A program made the translations under genes and the position numbers. The notes under the pieces are model-generated. The model was not told where the DNA came from, ran no database searches, and worked only from the letters and a program-made list of their open reading frames with translations. Shown in pieces: positions 47,641 to 58,122 of a stretch of DNA of 64,000 nt (position 1 is the first letter of the stretch; each line of letters begins with the position of its first letter). Location of the stretch: NCBI GenBank assembly GCA_004764695.1, contig SMSO01000007.1, positions 2,363,270 to 2,427,269 on the forward strand. The letters are read 5' to 3'. This stretch comes from Schizochytrium sp. TIO01. Its lineage: Eukaryota; Protista; Bigyra: Labyrinthulomycetes.

Positions 47641-48741
47641 TTAAAGACGCGAGATTGCTTGTTTGTATGGCTCGAGATCCATCCCAAGAGCACCCCAGCG
47701 AACCTGGGCGGCCTCTAAAGTAGCAAGTGTCCAGTACGGATCTCCTGGCATAGGAAATCCTAGGACTCCTCGTTGCTTTGGCGTAAGAGAGACAAACAGC
47801 TTTTCAAAGGCTCCTATAGAGGGCTTTGTTGGATATAAGTCCCCCCCAGCAAGAACGTGTTTGATGTTGTAGAAGAACCTTGCAAACCCCGTGTTCCAAC
47901 TATTTACTCTGTCTGTGGCAGCCCGTTTAAAAACAAGATTACATACTAAACGTGATGCACCCGGACGAACGGGTCTTCCCCTATGCCAAACATCGTGACG
48001 ATATAAAAGAACTGTGCCAACACTGAAATCAACGAATTCCTCACGACAGTAGAGCTCTTTCCTTTGCGCATAAAGCTCTGGGTCAGCATGGCGGAGGTAT
48101 TCCTCTGCCTGAATACGGTCGTTGATCCAAGGTAGCACCCCAAAGCCCGGCATTCGGTATGGCCATGCATAAGCAGGATCACAATCTCCTCTGCGTGCTA
48201 CAATTCCCGTACGCCCATCACATACGGAGGAATCATCTAAATAAACAATCACCGCAACTGTTTCAGGTTCATGGAATGGCGGAGGATGGTTCAGATCATG
48301 GTTGGGGAAGTCCATGTGCATGCGTTGCTCAATACTCCCGTATGGACTCCGCTGTGTTGCCTCCATTGAAATTAAACCTTGGAGATTTCTGTCATCTTCG
48401 CCGTGCTTGAACCAGGCGTCTGCTTGGGTAAGACGGATGTCTTCGCATGCCAAGAGGTCTCGTGCGGCATCCTGTAGAGCGGGAGCAAGGAACAAATCAT
48501 TCAAAGATTCCTGAATTGCAGGGAACTCGAACTTTCCTTGGGATCCAAACGGCATCTTACCCTTTGTAGGCTGGCGTCTCTCTTGTTCAGCCAAGTTGGC
48601 CTGCTGCGATAGAGCGGATGTTTTGCATGCAGCTCGAACTTGTTCGCAGAAGTCAAGACTGTAGATTCGACCAGGCTCTAGAACACAAAAGCCATTTTCT
48701 CTCCATTGGCGTTTCTCTTCGGCGGTGAGTACTGAAGTCAT
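47641..48741 (-). CDS. PhyH-like Fe(II)/2-oxoglutarate dioxygenase (366 aa)
   Basis: N-terminal LTAEEKRQWRENGFCVL, HMD (HxD), GTVLLYRHDVWHRG (distal His) and SRLV (2OG-binding Arg). Confidence 0.87.
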   Translation of the reverse strand: MTSVLTAEEKRQWRENGFCVLEPGRIYSLDFCEQVRAACKTSALSQQANLAEQERRQPTKGKMPFGSQGKFEFPAIQESLNDLFLAPALQDAARDLLACEDIRLTQADAWFKHGEDDRNLQGLISMEATQRSPYGSIEQRMHMDFPNHDLNHPPPFHEPETVAVIVYLDDSSVCDGRTGIVARRGDCDPAYAWPYRMPGFGVLPWINDRIQAEEYLRHADPELYAQRKELYCREEFVDFSVGTVLLYRHDVWHRGRPVRPGASRLVCNLVFKRAATDRVNSWNTGFARFFYNIKHVLAGGDLYPTKPSIGAFEKLFVSLTPKQRGVLGFPMPGDPYWTLATLEAAQVRWGALGMDLEPYKQAISRL

Positions 48742-49467
48742 TTGGGGCTTCTTACCTTTCCAGAGCGCTAAAAATGGCCAAATTCGTGAACTACAATCTC
48801 TTCAATTTACTCTTCTCTTCATTGATCAACGAAGGTACCTATTACCTACATAACCTACCTACTACTTGTTAACTTGTATTTTAATATTATTCGAGTTCAT
48901 GTTATGTTATCATTACTAGGCTTTTATTTTTTACTTTTTAATATTTCTTTCATTTTTAAAATTAAAAGTTAGAAAAAATTGGGTTTTAGTTTCAAGTTTT
49001 AGTTGCCACAGATTTTGTTGTTTTAGGAATAGCAATATCCAATACCTAACAGATGAACCATTGATTCGGCAAAAGACTGTTTGAAAGAACTCGCTCCTTC
49101 CTCTTGGCAACCTCCCTGGGGCCTTATAACGACAGTCCTGGCTATGTCGTTTAGGAAGCCTTATGTTTGTTGGTCTCACCTCCTCTCGTAAAAAGGTCGT
49201 AAATGAAAGATGTATTTGCCAACATCGATGGTCTAAAATGGTATAATGCATCGCGTAATAGTTCTCAGAGATCCATGTTTACCACAGCGCAGCTTAGTGA
49301 CGCTTGTTTTGTATTTCTTCATAGGCAGATATTTGTTGTTTGGCTTTTGATACTTTTCATGAAATCTAGCCTTCCACAATGCTTTAGGAAATACAACCAA
49401 ACATAAGCGCAGAGAGGATACATTCAATACATATATATATTCGCTTTAATTTCTTGCTTCTTTCTAT

Positions 49468-51891
49468 TTAAATGAGGCTGCACATTGATATTTTGCATCG
49501 ATTACTGTCCCACAAATGTTTCTTAGGTCGTGCAGGACGCCGACTTGCTGCAACCTGAACATTCTCGTATCCGCTCCGACCAAGTTCATCACACCACTTT
49601 TCAGCCTCCGTTGTGGATTCAGCCTCAAAATATAGTTGACGTCCTACGCGAGTTTCTAGTTTAAACTGAGATGGGTTCCCACTAAGTACCTCAACTGTAG
49701 CATTGTCGAGGAGAGCAACCACAAGAGGGCGTGCAGAATCCTCTGTCCGATAGATATAGAGGAAATTGTGATGAACAATAACCCAGCGCTGCTTCCACGC
49801 TGAAGCCTTTGCTCCAAACACTGTTTGGGCGGCGGTTGTCGAATAAGTGCGCGCGAGAGGCTTGATACGAAGCTGACCTCTAATTCGAACCTTTCGAGCA
49901 TCCATGGTGGATGATGGTCTAAGAAGCTCCTGGCAAGCTAGTGATTCGTTATCATCTTCTTCATCACCCTCTCTGTCCTCTTCCATATTACTCACTTCAT
50001 CATTTTGAACATTGAGTACTCTATTCATTGCGGTGTTTTCTTGAACGACAGAATCTTCTTGTAAGAGCTTGATGTCAGAAGACACGTCTTGTTTTTCTCG
50101 AATGATACCACTTGCTATAGCACCGATGGCAGACCCTTGAATCATATACAGGTTTGGGCTGCTGAGCCCATCTCCATCAGAATCTGGACTTAGTTGGTAC
50201 TCCAGTGGGCTCGCGAGGCCGCTAGAACCTGACACCATTCCGATGTCGAGGCTTGCAAGACTAGTGGTACCAACTTTTCCTGGGGAATCCATATTAAAAC
50301 TGGATTCGCTACTCGGAGGACAATGGCTAAGAAAGCGCAAGCCTACAAGATCAGTGTCATCCTGATTCAAGATGGGTATTTCGGCAGAAGCTGAGATTTC
50401 CACACTTTGCTTTAGAGCCATGGCAACAACCTCAGCAGTAAGAGACTGAGCAAGACGGTAGGCGCTGACTGCCATAATATCGTTTCGTGCCTGGACATAT
50501 ATGGAAGGTTCATGTATTGAGGTAAGTGAGACCTCTTCGCTGATCTTTTCGGATTCGGTTGCAGTTTTCTTTTTTGCTTCAGCCTTAGCACGCGCACGTA
50601 AAACTCCCATGGCTTTAGCTCGGCCACGAGCAATTGCATATGCAGCCATGACTCGTGCTACGTGCTGACGCTGAGCATGGACCATGCGTTCTCTTTCTTC
50701 CTCTTTCTGCTTGGTAAGCATTGCCACGCGCTTCTGCTCTAGCCCAACATCTTTTTCCAGTACAAATGATGGCATTTTAACCTCGTGTTTCAAAGTTGTT
50801 GCCGAATGTGATAAAGGGGACGGCAGTCCTGGTTCTCTGTCTACTATGGCACCGCAAGCTGATCTAGAAGATGGAGAAGGCACAGAAGAATGTCGCGGAG
50901 AAATTAAATTCTCTTGCTTGTCGTAACCCACAATACTTCGCCTCCGAGCACGGGATTCAACCGGAGAACTCGATGGTGACTTTGATCCAGACAATGACAT
51001 ATGAGAACTCGGTGTGTTTCCTGCCGAGCTTGAATTTGTAACAGTTCTCTTGAATGCAAATGGAGATGCAACAAGAGCTGAAGCTGGCACAGAACCCATT
51101 GCTATGCGATGTGAATGGTCAAACGTATTTAAAGGTTTTTCCGCAACTGTTGATGCTGAACTTGAGTGCGTGCGACGAGCAGGGCTCAATACACTTGGAG
51201 AGAGGCCACGGATATATGCTCCAACAGGCGATGAAACATTTGCATACTTTCCAGAGTTCGTAATTGGACTGCCTCTTGGGGAGCTCTCCACGCTTCGAGG
51301 ACTCGGAGCTGGGCTCACTGCAGGACTCCTCCGTGGGCTTCTCTTATCAGATGGTTTGATACCACGAATGTAATCTGCAACAGGAGAAGAAACCTTGATG
51401 TATCGTCCTGCATGCGAACTGGTTGCTGGTCTACCCTTGCTTGTTCCAGCGGCGCCACGTTGAGATTGCCGAGAACTGATCGAGCTGGCCGAGTCAGCAC
51501 TGTTTTTACGTTCTCTCGGTGAAGGCGTTAGCGTTTGCTGAGCTACACCAGCACTATTCCTACTCGAGGCTGAGTTTGTGCGTGCACGGGTTCGGATTCC
51601 TGAAATGCTAGGGCTACCCCTTAGATTTTCATCTTGAAGGCGTGGAGTAGCTTTCTTCCAACCAACGTCATCTCTCTCGGAAAATGGAGAGCTCGAGGTC
51701 TGATCTCCCATTTTAGTCCTTTCGGAACTCTGCAGCCTTGTGTCATGTTGAGTCAATGGACTACCTTTATGCTTAGTCCCAGCCTCTGTTGGTGAGTACG
51801 TCTTGCGTTCTTCAGTTTGTAGAGCTTGTCGATGCTTCTCAAGAGCATCCTTGCGCTCTATACTGTTCGAGTTAGCCACAACGTTCTCCAT
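49468..51891 (-). CDS. PH-domain protein with a Ser-rich N-terminus, coiled coil and C-terminal CaaX (807 aa)
   Basis: PH domain at about 49895-49575 (IRGQLRIK...WKQRWVIVHHNFLYIYR...LYFEAESTTEAEKWCDEL); ends CKISMCSLI. Confidence 0.87.
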   Translation of the reverse strand: MENVVANSNSIERKDALEKHRQALQTEERKTYSPTEAGTKHKGSPLTQHDTRLQSSERTKMGDQTSSSPFSERDDVGWKKATPRLQDENLRGSPSISGIRTRARTNSASSRNSAGVAQQTLTPSPRERKNSADSASSISSRQSQRGAAGTSKGRPATSSHAGRYIKVSSPVADYIRGIKPSDKRSPRRSPAVSPAPSPRSVESSPRGSPITNSGKYANVSSPVGAYIRGLSPSVLSPARRTHSSSASTVAEKPLNTFDHSHRIAMGSVPASALVASPFAFKRTVTNSSSAGNTPSSHMSLSGSKSPSSSPVESRARRRSIVGYDKQENLISPRHSSVPSPSSRSACGAIVDREPGLPSPLSHSATTLKHEVKMPSFVLEKDVGLEQKRVAMLTKQKEEERERMVHAQRQHVARVMAAYAIARGRAKAMGVLRARAKAEAKKKTATESEKISEEVSLTSIHEPSIYVQARNDIMAVSAYRLAQSLTAEVVAMALKQSVEISASAEIPILNQDDTDLVGLRFLSHCPPSSESSFNMDSPGKVGTTSLASLDIGMVSGSSGLASPLEYQLSPDSDGDGLSSPNLYMIQGSAIGAIASGIIREKQDVSSDIKLLQEDSVVQENTAMNRVLNVQNDEVSNMEEDREGDEEDDNESLACQELLRPSSTMDARKVRIRGQLRIKPLARTYSTTAAQTVFGAKASAWKQRWVIVHHNFLYIYRTEDSARPLVVALLDNATVEVLSGNPSQFKLETRVGRQLYFEAESTTEAEKWCDELGRSGYENVQVAASRRPARPKKHLWDSNRCKISMCSLI

Positions 51892-52887
51892 GGTCTCCGC
51901 AAGCGTGATCTACCTCTTGATCTCAACGCCTCTGTATTTTGCTCAGGCTTGAGCTTACAAGTTGTCAGCCCTGCAGATAGCTAGCAGAGGAGACCACGTA
52001 CTACAGACAAGCAATGTGACTGTTGAAAGTCCCAGGTCTGCGCCTGCAAGCTACAATAAACGAAGCAGAAGAGGTTATCTACCTTCGAGCAATGTAAGAA
52101 TTGGAAAGAGAGAAGATTAGCAGGTTCACAGTGGATGATTGATCCGCAGCTCGCGCGTATGCTTATTGGCCCTTTTACGCACTAGTTCATGATTTTTCCT
52201 GGTTGACGTTGAGGATCCTTCAGATTTGAAAGAGTGGCGTTGTGTTTATAAAATCATAGTACCCAGGACTAGTAGTGGCATTATTATTGCGAAACTCTAA
52301 AAGGTGCATAAGTATAAATAGGTAGGTACTATCTACCTTTAACCGCTAATGTTCTTAAAAAAAAGCTTAGACGAAGTGTCATATGGAACGTTCTAAAGTG
52401 TTCTATCCCACAACCTTGGTTATCTTGCTTCAGTTAAAAATGGCTTGGTAAAACTTTCAAACAAGTTGAGATTACACCTTTGACCAGGTTGAATTGTATT
52501 GTGTAGATCTAGCTGTGTAATATAATATGTTGTATTTGGGAATATTGCAATTTGAGATGCGCATATCCATCACTATAACATGATTTGTCGATGCTAAAAT
52601 GTGAAAAGAATTTGTTTTTGCAATCGTTTCTGACATTATATTTTTCTGTTTTCTTGAGACTTTAGAAAACTAAATTGAGCAGGACAATATGTCATCGAAT
52701 AAAAGCTGTGGAGAGAAGCTTTGAATACTAAGATTCACGGTATATCTCATTACCTTGAGTGCAAAGCACACCTATCTTTCCAAAACAAGTACTAACAAAA
52801 TTGCGTCAGAATGAGAATTGAGACACAGCTTCTATTTGTGCAAGTTGAGATTACAGGACTCTATAGCCATGAATTGCAGCAACTCAT

Positions 52888-54393
52888 TTAAGAACGTTTC
52901 TTACGCTTCTTGAACTTGACCTTGGAACGTGCCTGCACCTCTTCAGCGTTACCAAACACCTCTTCCTCTTGCTGTCCATCCAAATTGACACCCTTGTAAT
53001 CTCCACCAAAGGGGTTAAAGGTAGCGTACGCATCTGATCCGCCTAGCGGGTGGTGAGCAATTTCTTCCTGCGCTGAAGCTATGGCGTTCAATGATGACGA
53101 TTCAGGCGGGCCCATACTGCCAGATAACGAGGTGGAATTTGACTCGGCATCTGTAGCAGCACGAGATGCGGCGGATCGCACAGCAGCAGTCAGAGACGAG
53201 ACTGGGCCAGACTCTACCCCTGGTGCAGCGGAGGCTAATGGTACGTCTGGCACCAAAGTTGAAAGCGAGCTGGACTTGGTAGGTAACTCATCCTTGATTT
53301 GAACCTGCGGCGCAAGAGTCACTACGCCCGCAGACTTTTCTGCTGAATCGTTAGCTTGTTCTGTATGCGAAGGGGTAGAGGTTTCACCCTTTATAGCTTC
53401 TGTGCGACCAATAACCTCACTCTTGAGAGAAGGGTTTGAAGATTGTGACAAGGATATCTCATCAGCTTTTTGATGCTTCTCTTGCTTGATTTTTGAAGAA
53501 GATGGTCCTACCCGTTTATCATCAAGCTCGGCATAACGAACAGAAACAGTGGACCAACCTCCATTTTCTGATGAACTACTATCAGGCATATCAATGCAAG
53601 CTTGCTGCGGTGGAGGTGGTGCCACGATGCGCAAATCTGTGCATGGGAAAGATCGCTCCAAGCCATCTTCATCAAAGCGCACTGTATATTCACGCTTCCA
53701 TTGGTCAGTTGTAGAGTCAAACTCTGCACTCACTTTGACAACTTTTGCAGACCTCCAGTCCTCCTCTGGCTCTTCATCGTCCTCACCATCTTCTTCAGCT
53801 CCTGGAAATACCTCATTCTCTGCATCTTCTTCTACCTTTGAAATAATACGCACAGCCTCGCAAACACAACCCTCTTGCAAAAGGTCCTCGTGTAGCACTC
53901 CCTCCAAATAAAGTACACCATCTACGCTATACTGCCCTAGCACTGCATCCTCCTCTACTTGATAAGCCTCCACGGTATCCTCATCATATTCTTCGTCGCC
54001 CCCGGGTAAAGAACTCAGTCCTGTTCTTGAATCCTCGGAACCCTCTTTAAATCCTTGCCCTGAATTCAGCCGTTTGGAGTTTCGTGTCTCAGAATCAGAA
54101 GCCCTCAAATCTGAAGGACTCCTTTTCCAGCTCCTTGCTTCTGGTGCGCTAGTTGCTGTCCTTGCGGCGGCATCGAGTCGCGCGAGTTCTGTCTCGAGGC
54201 GCGCCTTTTCGCGGTCCTCGCGTTCTCGGTTTCGCTCGCGGTCCTGCTGAAGGCGACGCAGATTGTTCTTGTGGCGATTATTGAGCTCATGGTGCAGGAT
54301 ACTCTTCTTGTCGGGCTGGATGAAGATCTTGCAGACCTTGCAGAAGTGTCGCTGTGATGCCTGAGGGCCCCAGCGCTTTGGCATGGACGACAT
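52888..54393 (-). CDS. WBP4/FBP21-like spliceosomal U1-type zinc finger protein with a Tudor-like domain (501 aa)
   Basis: HFCKVCKIFIQPDKKSILHHELNNRHKNN (matrin/U1 C2H2), a coiled coil, GGWSTV, and C-terminal VKFKKRKK. Confidence 0.83.
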   Translation of the reverse strand: MSSMPKRWGPQASQRHFCKVCKIFIQPDKKSILHHELNNRHKNNLRRLQQDRERNREREDREKARLETELARLDAAARTATSAPEARSWKRSPSDLRASDSETRNSKRLNSGQGFKEGSEDSRTGLSSLPGGDEEYDEDTVEAYQVEEDAVLGQYSVDGVLYLEGVLHEDLLQEGCVCEAVRIISKVEEDAENEVFPGAEEDGEDDEEPEEDWRSAKVVKVSAEFDSTTDQWKREYTVRFDEDGLERSFPCTDLRIVAPPPPQQACIDMPDSSSSENGGWSTVSVRYAELDDKRVGPSSSKIKQEKHQKADEISLSQSSNPSLKSEVIGRTEAIKGETSTPSHTEQANDSAEKSAGVVTLAPQVQIKDELPTKSSSLSTLVPDVPLASAAPGVESGPVSSLTAAVRSAASRAATDAESNSTSLSGSMGPPESSSLNAIASAQEEIAHHPLGGSDAYATFNPFGGDYKGVNLDGQQEEEVFGNAEEVQARSKVKFKKRKKRS

Positions 54394-55255
54394 TGTGTGT
54401 CCCTGGAGTAAGAAAGTAAGAGTCGGGAGGCTAGGATAAACGTTTATACCCTAGGCGCGCTCCGTTAGCGCGAGAGAAAGAAGCCTGGAGAGGCTTCAAA
54501 AAGGCTTTGAAATCTCCCAGGTCGCAACCAGTATCATAATTCAAACTCAATCACCATGATGGTCAAATGGTTCTCTAGACATTCGTACTCCAAGAGTTCT
54601 AATAGTTCTAATAATTCCATAAAATCCTCAAGTTCTGTAAGTTCTTAAAGATCCATAAATTCAAGTGTTCTATATTCTCAGGATTTGAGTGTCTTTGTCC
54701 CCTCGTATAGCAGAGACGGAATGAAGTAGGTATCTAAGCATGACTTAGACGCAATTTTCTTCAACTTGAAGATCTTCAAGTTGAATAATGTCTGTGCGTA
54801 GACCGTTTTGGCAAGTGGGGAATAGAGCGCAAGGAAGAGGGGAATGAAGATTCTGCTCTGACTTGGCTCACGTGCGAGAGAGAAAGCGAGAAAGACCAAT
54901 CTTGAAATTGGTTTGGGATTATCTAATTACTGCTATTACCTCCTAGGTGTCAGATTTGAAGTTTAATATGGTACTGTACCACTAGACTAGAGTACAAAAC
55001 TTGCAAACCAAGCTTTTTCGTACAATGCACAGTGACTGAGGCACGGACTAGCAGAACCTGAAAGAAGTAGCCTTTGACGAGGTGTCAAGGGGTTTTAGAG
55101 AGTTCTTAAGAGACCACAAGAATCAGCAGTGGTCAAGACAAACTCTGGCTGGCAACGTGGGACAGACCTAAGACTCCAAGGTGCTCTGGAATCGAATCGC
55201 AACGTTTAGTTAAAAACTTGCTTCTTGTTCTTCAAGCTATCGGACTCATACAAGA

Positions 55256-56965
55256 ATGGCTATTCTTAATGGAAAGCGAGCTGTAGTTTTTGACCTCGGT
55301 GGCGTGGTCCTCGGATCACCTTTGCAAGGAATTGCAGAGCATGAAGAAGAGTTTGGAATTCCTGAGGGCTTTGTGAACATCAGCATCGTTACCAAAGGCA
55401 GACAGGGTGCATTTGAGCGTCTTGAGCGAGGCGAACTTCCCCTGGATGATTTTTACCGCGAATTCCGAAGCGAGCTTGCAGAGCCGGAGAATATCAACAA
55501 CTTCAAAAGCTATCTTCGGAAAAAGGGCCGTCCTGTACCAGAGAACCTCCCCGATCATTTCGACATTGACACTGAGGTCATGTTTAACACAATGATGGAG
55601 AGAGCTGCAGCCATCAACGAAGACATGTGTCATGCCCTCTTTGTACTACGTGGCCTCGGTCTCAAAGTTTGTGCTCTAACAAACAACTGGAAAATGGGAG
55701 GCGATAAGGACTCGAGCTCCACTCAAGCACTCACAGCCTTTTTCGACGATATCCTCGAAAGCTCCGTGCTTGGCTTACGTAAACCCGATGAGAGAATTTA
55801 TCGCTACACAGAAAACCATCTCGGTGTTCGGTCTGAAGAAATTTGCTTCCTTGACGATATTGGAACTAATGTAAAAGCTGCACGTGAACTTGGGTGGACT
55901 ACTGTTAAAGTAGAACTGGGAAATAAAAAGAAAGCTCTTCGCGAGCTCGCACTCGCCTTAGGACTGGCTGAAGACACCTTGCTAATCCATAAGGACAAGC
56001 CTACAGAACTTCGTTTGCCCGTTTCCCCAGGAGGTGACTTAGTTTGCGACTTGTATGGTCGAGCCATTGATCCAGTCGTGCTCTTTCTTCACGGAGGCGG
56101 GCAGACCCGCCATACGTGGGATCGTAGCGCTCTTGAATTTGCTGCTCAAGGTTACTGTGCTATTCTTGTTGACATGAAAGGTCACGGTGAAAGCGCTTGG
56201 GATATGCGTAACGACGTGAGTGATCAGGACCGCTACTCTGTGACAGCATATAGTGAAGACATTGACCGCATTGTCAAGTATCTGAAGCTTCAGGAGCATC
56301 CGCGTGGCTACGCTATCATCGGAGCCTCTCTTGGTGGTATTTCTACTTTGGAAAGTAAAATTGCATTTCCAAATGCACGCGCAGTTGTGCTTGTGGATAT
56401 TATTCCTGAGATGGAGGCCGCGGGTGTCAATCGCGTGATAAGTTGGATGCGTGAGACAGGTGAAAGTGGGTTTGCTAGTCTTGAAGAAGCTGCCAATGCG
56501 ATTGCGGCGTACAATCCCAATCGCCCTGCACGTCCTATCGAAGATGTTATGCTTGGTCTGCAAAAGAACCTTCGACAAACACCGGATGGTCGATGGGTTT
56601 GGCACTGGGACCCGAAATTCGTCCAGTCGCAGGTGCAAGGGCCAGAAGCAAAAACGGACCTTCAGAACTACAAGAACAAAATCACCGCTGCTGCAGCAGA
56701 GTCTCAAACACCTTGCTTACTCGTTCGTGGACGTCAAACAGACCTTGTGAGCGAGGAAGCTGCTGAGGAGTTTGTCAAAGTTATGCCTAACGCTCGCTAT
56801 GTCAATGTTGAGAATGCCGCTCACATGGTGGTTGGGGACCGCAATGATGCCTTTGCACGGGAGGCAATCGGCTTCTTAGGAGAATACTTAACGCCCGATC
56901 CACAAGCTAAAGATACGCCCATACCTGCTCTGGGAGGTTCTGGTTCACCTTCTGCTAAGCTTTAA
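55256..56965 (+). CDS. HAD-like phosphatase + alpha/beta hydrolase fusion with PTS1 (569 aa)
   Basis: HAD motifs AVVFDLGGV, LTNNW, GLRKPDERIY and FLDDIGTNVKAARELG. Hydrolase motifs LHGGGQ, DMKGHGES, GASLGG and AAHMVVGD. Ends AKL. Confidence 0.92.
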   Translation: MAILNGKRAVVFDLGGVVLGSPLQGIAEHEEEFGIPEGFVNISIVTKGRQGAFERLERGELPLDDFYREFRSELAEPENINNFKSYLRKKGRPVPENLPDHFDIDTEVMFNTMMERAAAINEDMCHALFVLRGLGLKVCALTNNWKMGGDKDSSSTQALTAFFDDILESSVLGLRKPDERIYRYTENHLGVRSEEICFLDDIGTNVKAARELGWTTVKVELGNKKKALRELALALGLAEDTLLIHKDKPTELRLPVSPGGDLVCDLYGRAIDPVVLFLHGGGQTRHTWDRSALEFAAQGYCAILVDMKGHGESAWDMRNDVSDQDRYSVTAYSEDIDRIVKYLKLQEHPRGYAIIGASLGGISTLESKIAFPNARAVVLVDIIPEMEAAGVNRVISWMRETGESGFASLEEAANAIAAYNPNRPARPIEDVMLGLQKNLRQTPDGRWVWHWDPKFVQSQVQGPEAKTDLQNYKNKITAAAAESQTPCLLVRGRQTDLVSEEAAEEFVKVMPNARYVNVENAAHMVVGDRNDAFAREAIGFLGEYLTPDPQAKDTPIPALGGSGSPSAKL

Positions 56966-58073
56966 ATAGGAAAACAAGCGTTATTAAAATAACTTATATT
57001 CGGCTATCGCGCCATCTGTTTGATCATAAAATCATTCATTGTGCAGATTTGGGGTTTCATACATGTTTAAAACTTCAACATCATTTCTAGTGAAAGAGAT
57101 TTTGCTGAACGACGCGCATGTGCCTGCGACTCTAGTCGTTGCGGTCTGAGCTGTCATTACGTTCGTTGTTTGATTGCAGCGCGTACCAAAAGTCTTAATA
57201 TAGGCTGAACAGATTGTTTCTGCACTGCTCATTCATCATCTTGGGTGTTGTTTCCCCACTAATAGTACCACCTCTTCTATCGATGTTTTCGTCTACGAAT
57301 TTGCCACTACTATAGATGAGTTAAAACGATGTGCCTCAACCACATACTCGTTTTTGTAAAGACACTCCCACTTACAAATTATCATAGCGCCGCGTGTATT
57401 TACTTGTCGTCGTTTGCTCCAGTGACTCCACCCGATCACAAATGTATTAAAACCAGCCTAAACCTTCTCATGTGACGCAAACATCAGATTCTTTAGTTCT
57501 TCCAGCACATCTTATACAGCAAAAGATAGCTGTTTCCACAGTTTCGTATACTTCAAGTGGTGGCATTCTGTAAAACCTCTTATTAGCACGATTGCAAAGT
57601 GAAAGAAAAGACTATTCTAGCTCATCAAACAGCTCTTTTCCTCGCAGGCGGAACATTGAGTCTTGCTTGGCCCTTTTTTTCAAGCTCAGCGCTATCAATT
57701 TTGACTGACCACCTGCGAAGAAATGAGTTTCGAGCTTAGCGAAAGCTATTGATCTGGCTTCGTCTGATCCGGTTTTTCGCTTTACCACTAGAACCTTTAA
57801 TCATAGCATTGAACGAACAAACAAACAAAGTTAATGTGCATTCTATAATGTCATGTTTAGGATATTTCCACAAGCACTTATTGAAGCATCTACACTCTTC
57901 GTAAGTTTGCTCGAGAAGCGTTCAAGACAGCTCGGCTTCGAACTTGCTCCTCCGCCAACTTCACGTAAACTAACCGCAACTCCAATTTCAAGTACTCGAA
58001 AGCTCTCATTCGAACTAGCCATGGCAGCTCACTTCGTCTCACCTACATCTTACAGGACCCCATGTCTCACATG

Positions 58074-58122
58074 CATTCTCACATTCTCACATTCTCACAT
58101 TCTCACATTCTCACATTCTCAC
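58074..58122. repeat. (CATTCTCA)n 8-bp tandem repeat, about 6 copies
   Basis: Seen directly. Confidence 0.93.

Noticed and set aside
47641-48741. PhyH dioxygenase as part of a cyclitol gene cluster with the AKR-cyclase
   Set aside because: It is 13 kb away, with unrelated genes in between and different codon bias; there is no supporting evidence.
55256-56965. Calling this soluble epoxide hydrolase EPHX2
   Set aside because: The nucleophile is Ser (GASLG), not Asp, and the HGFP motif is absent.
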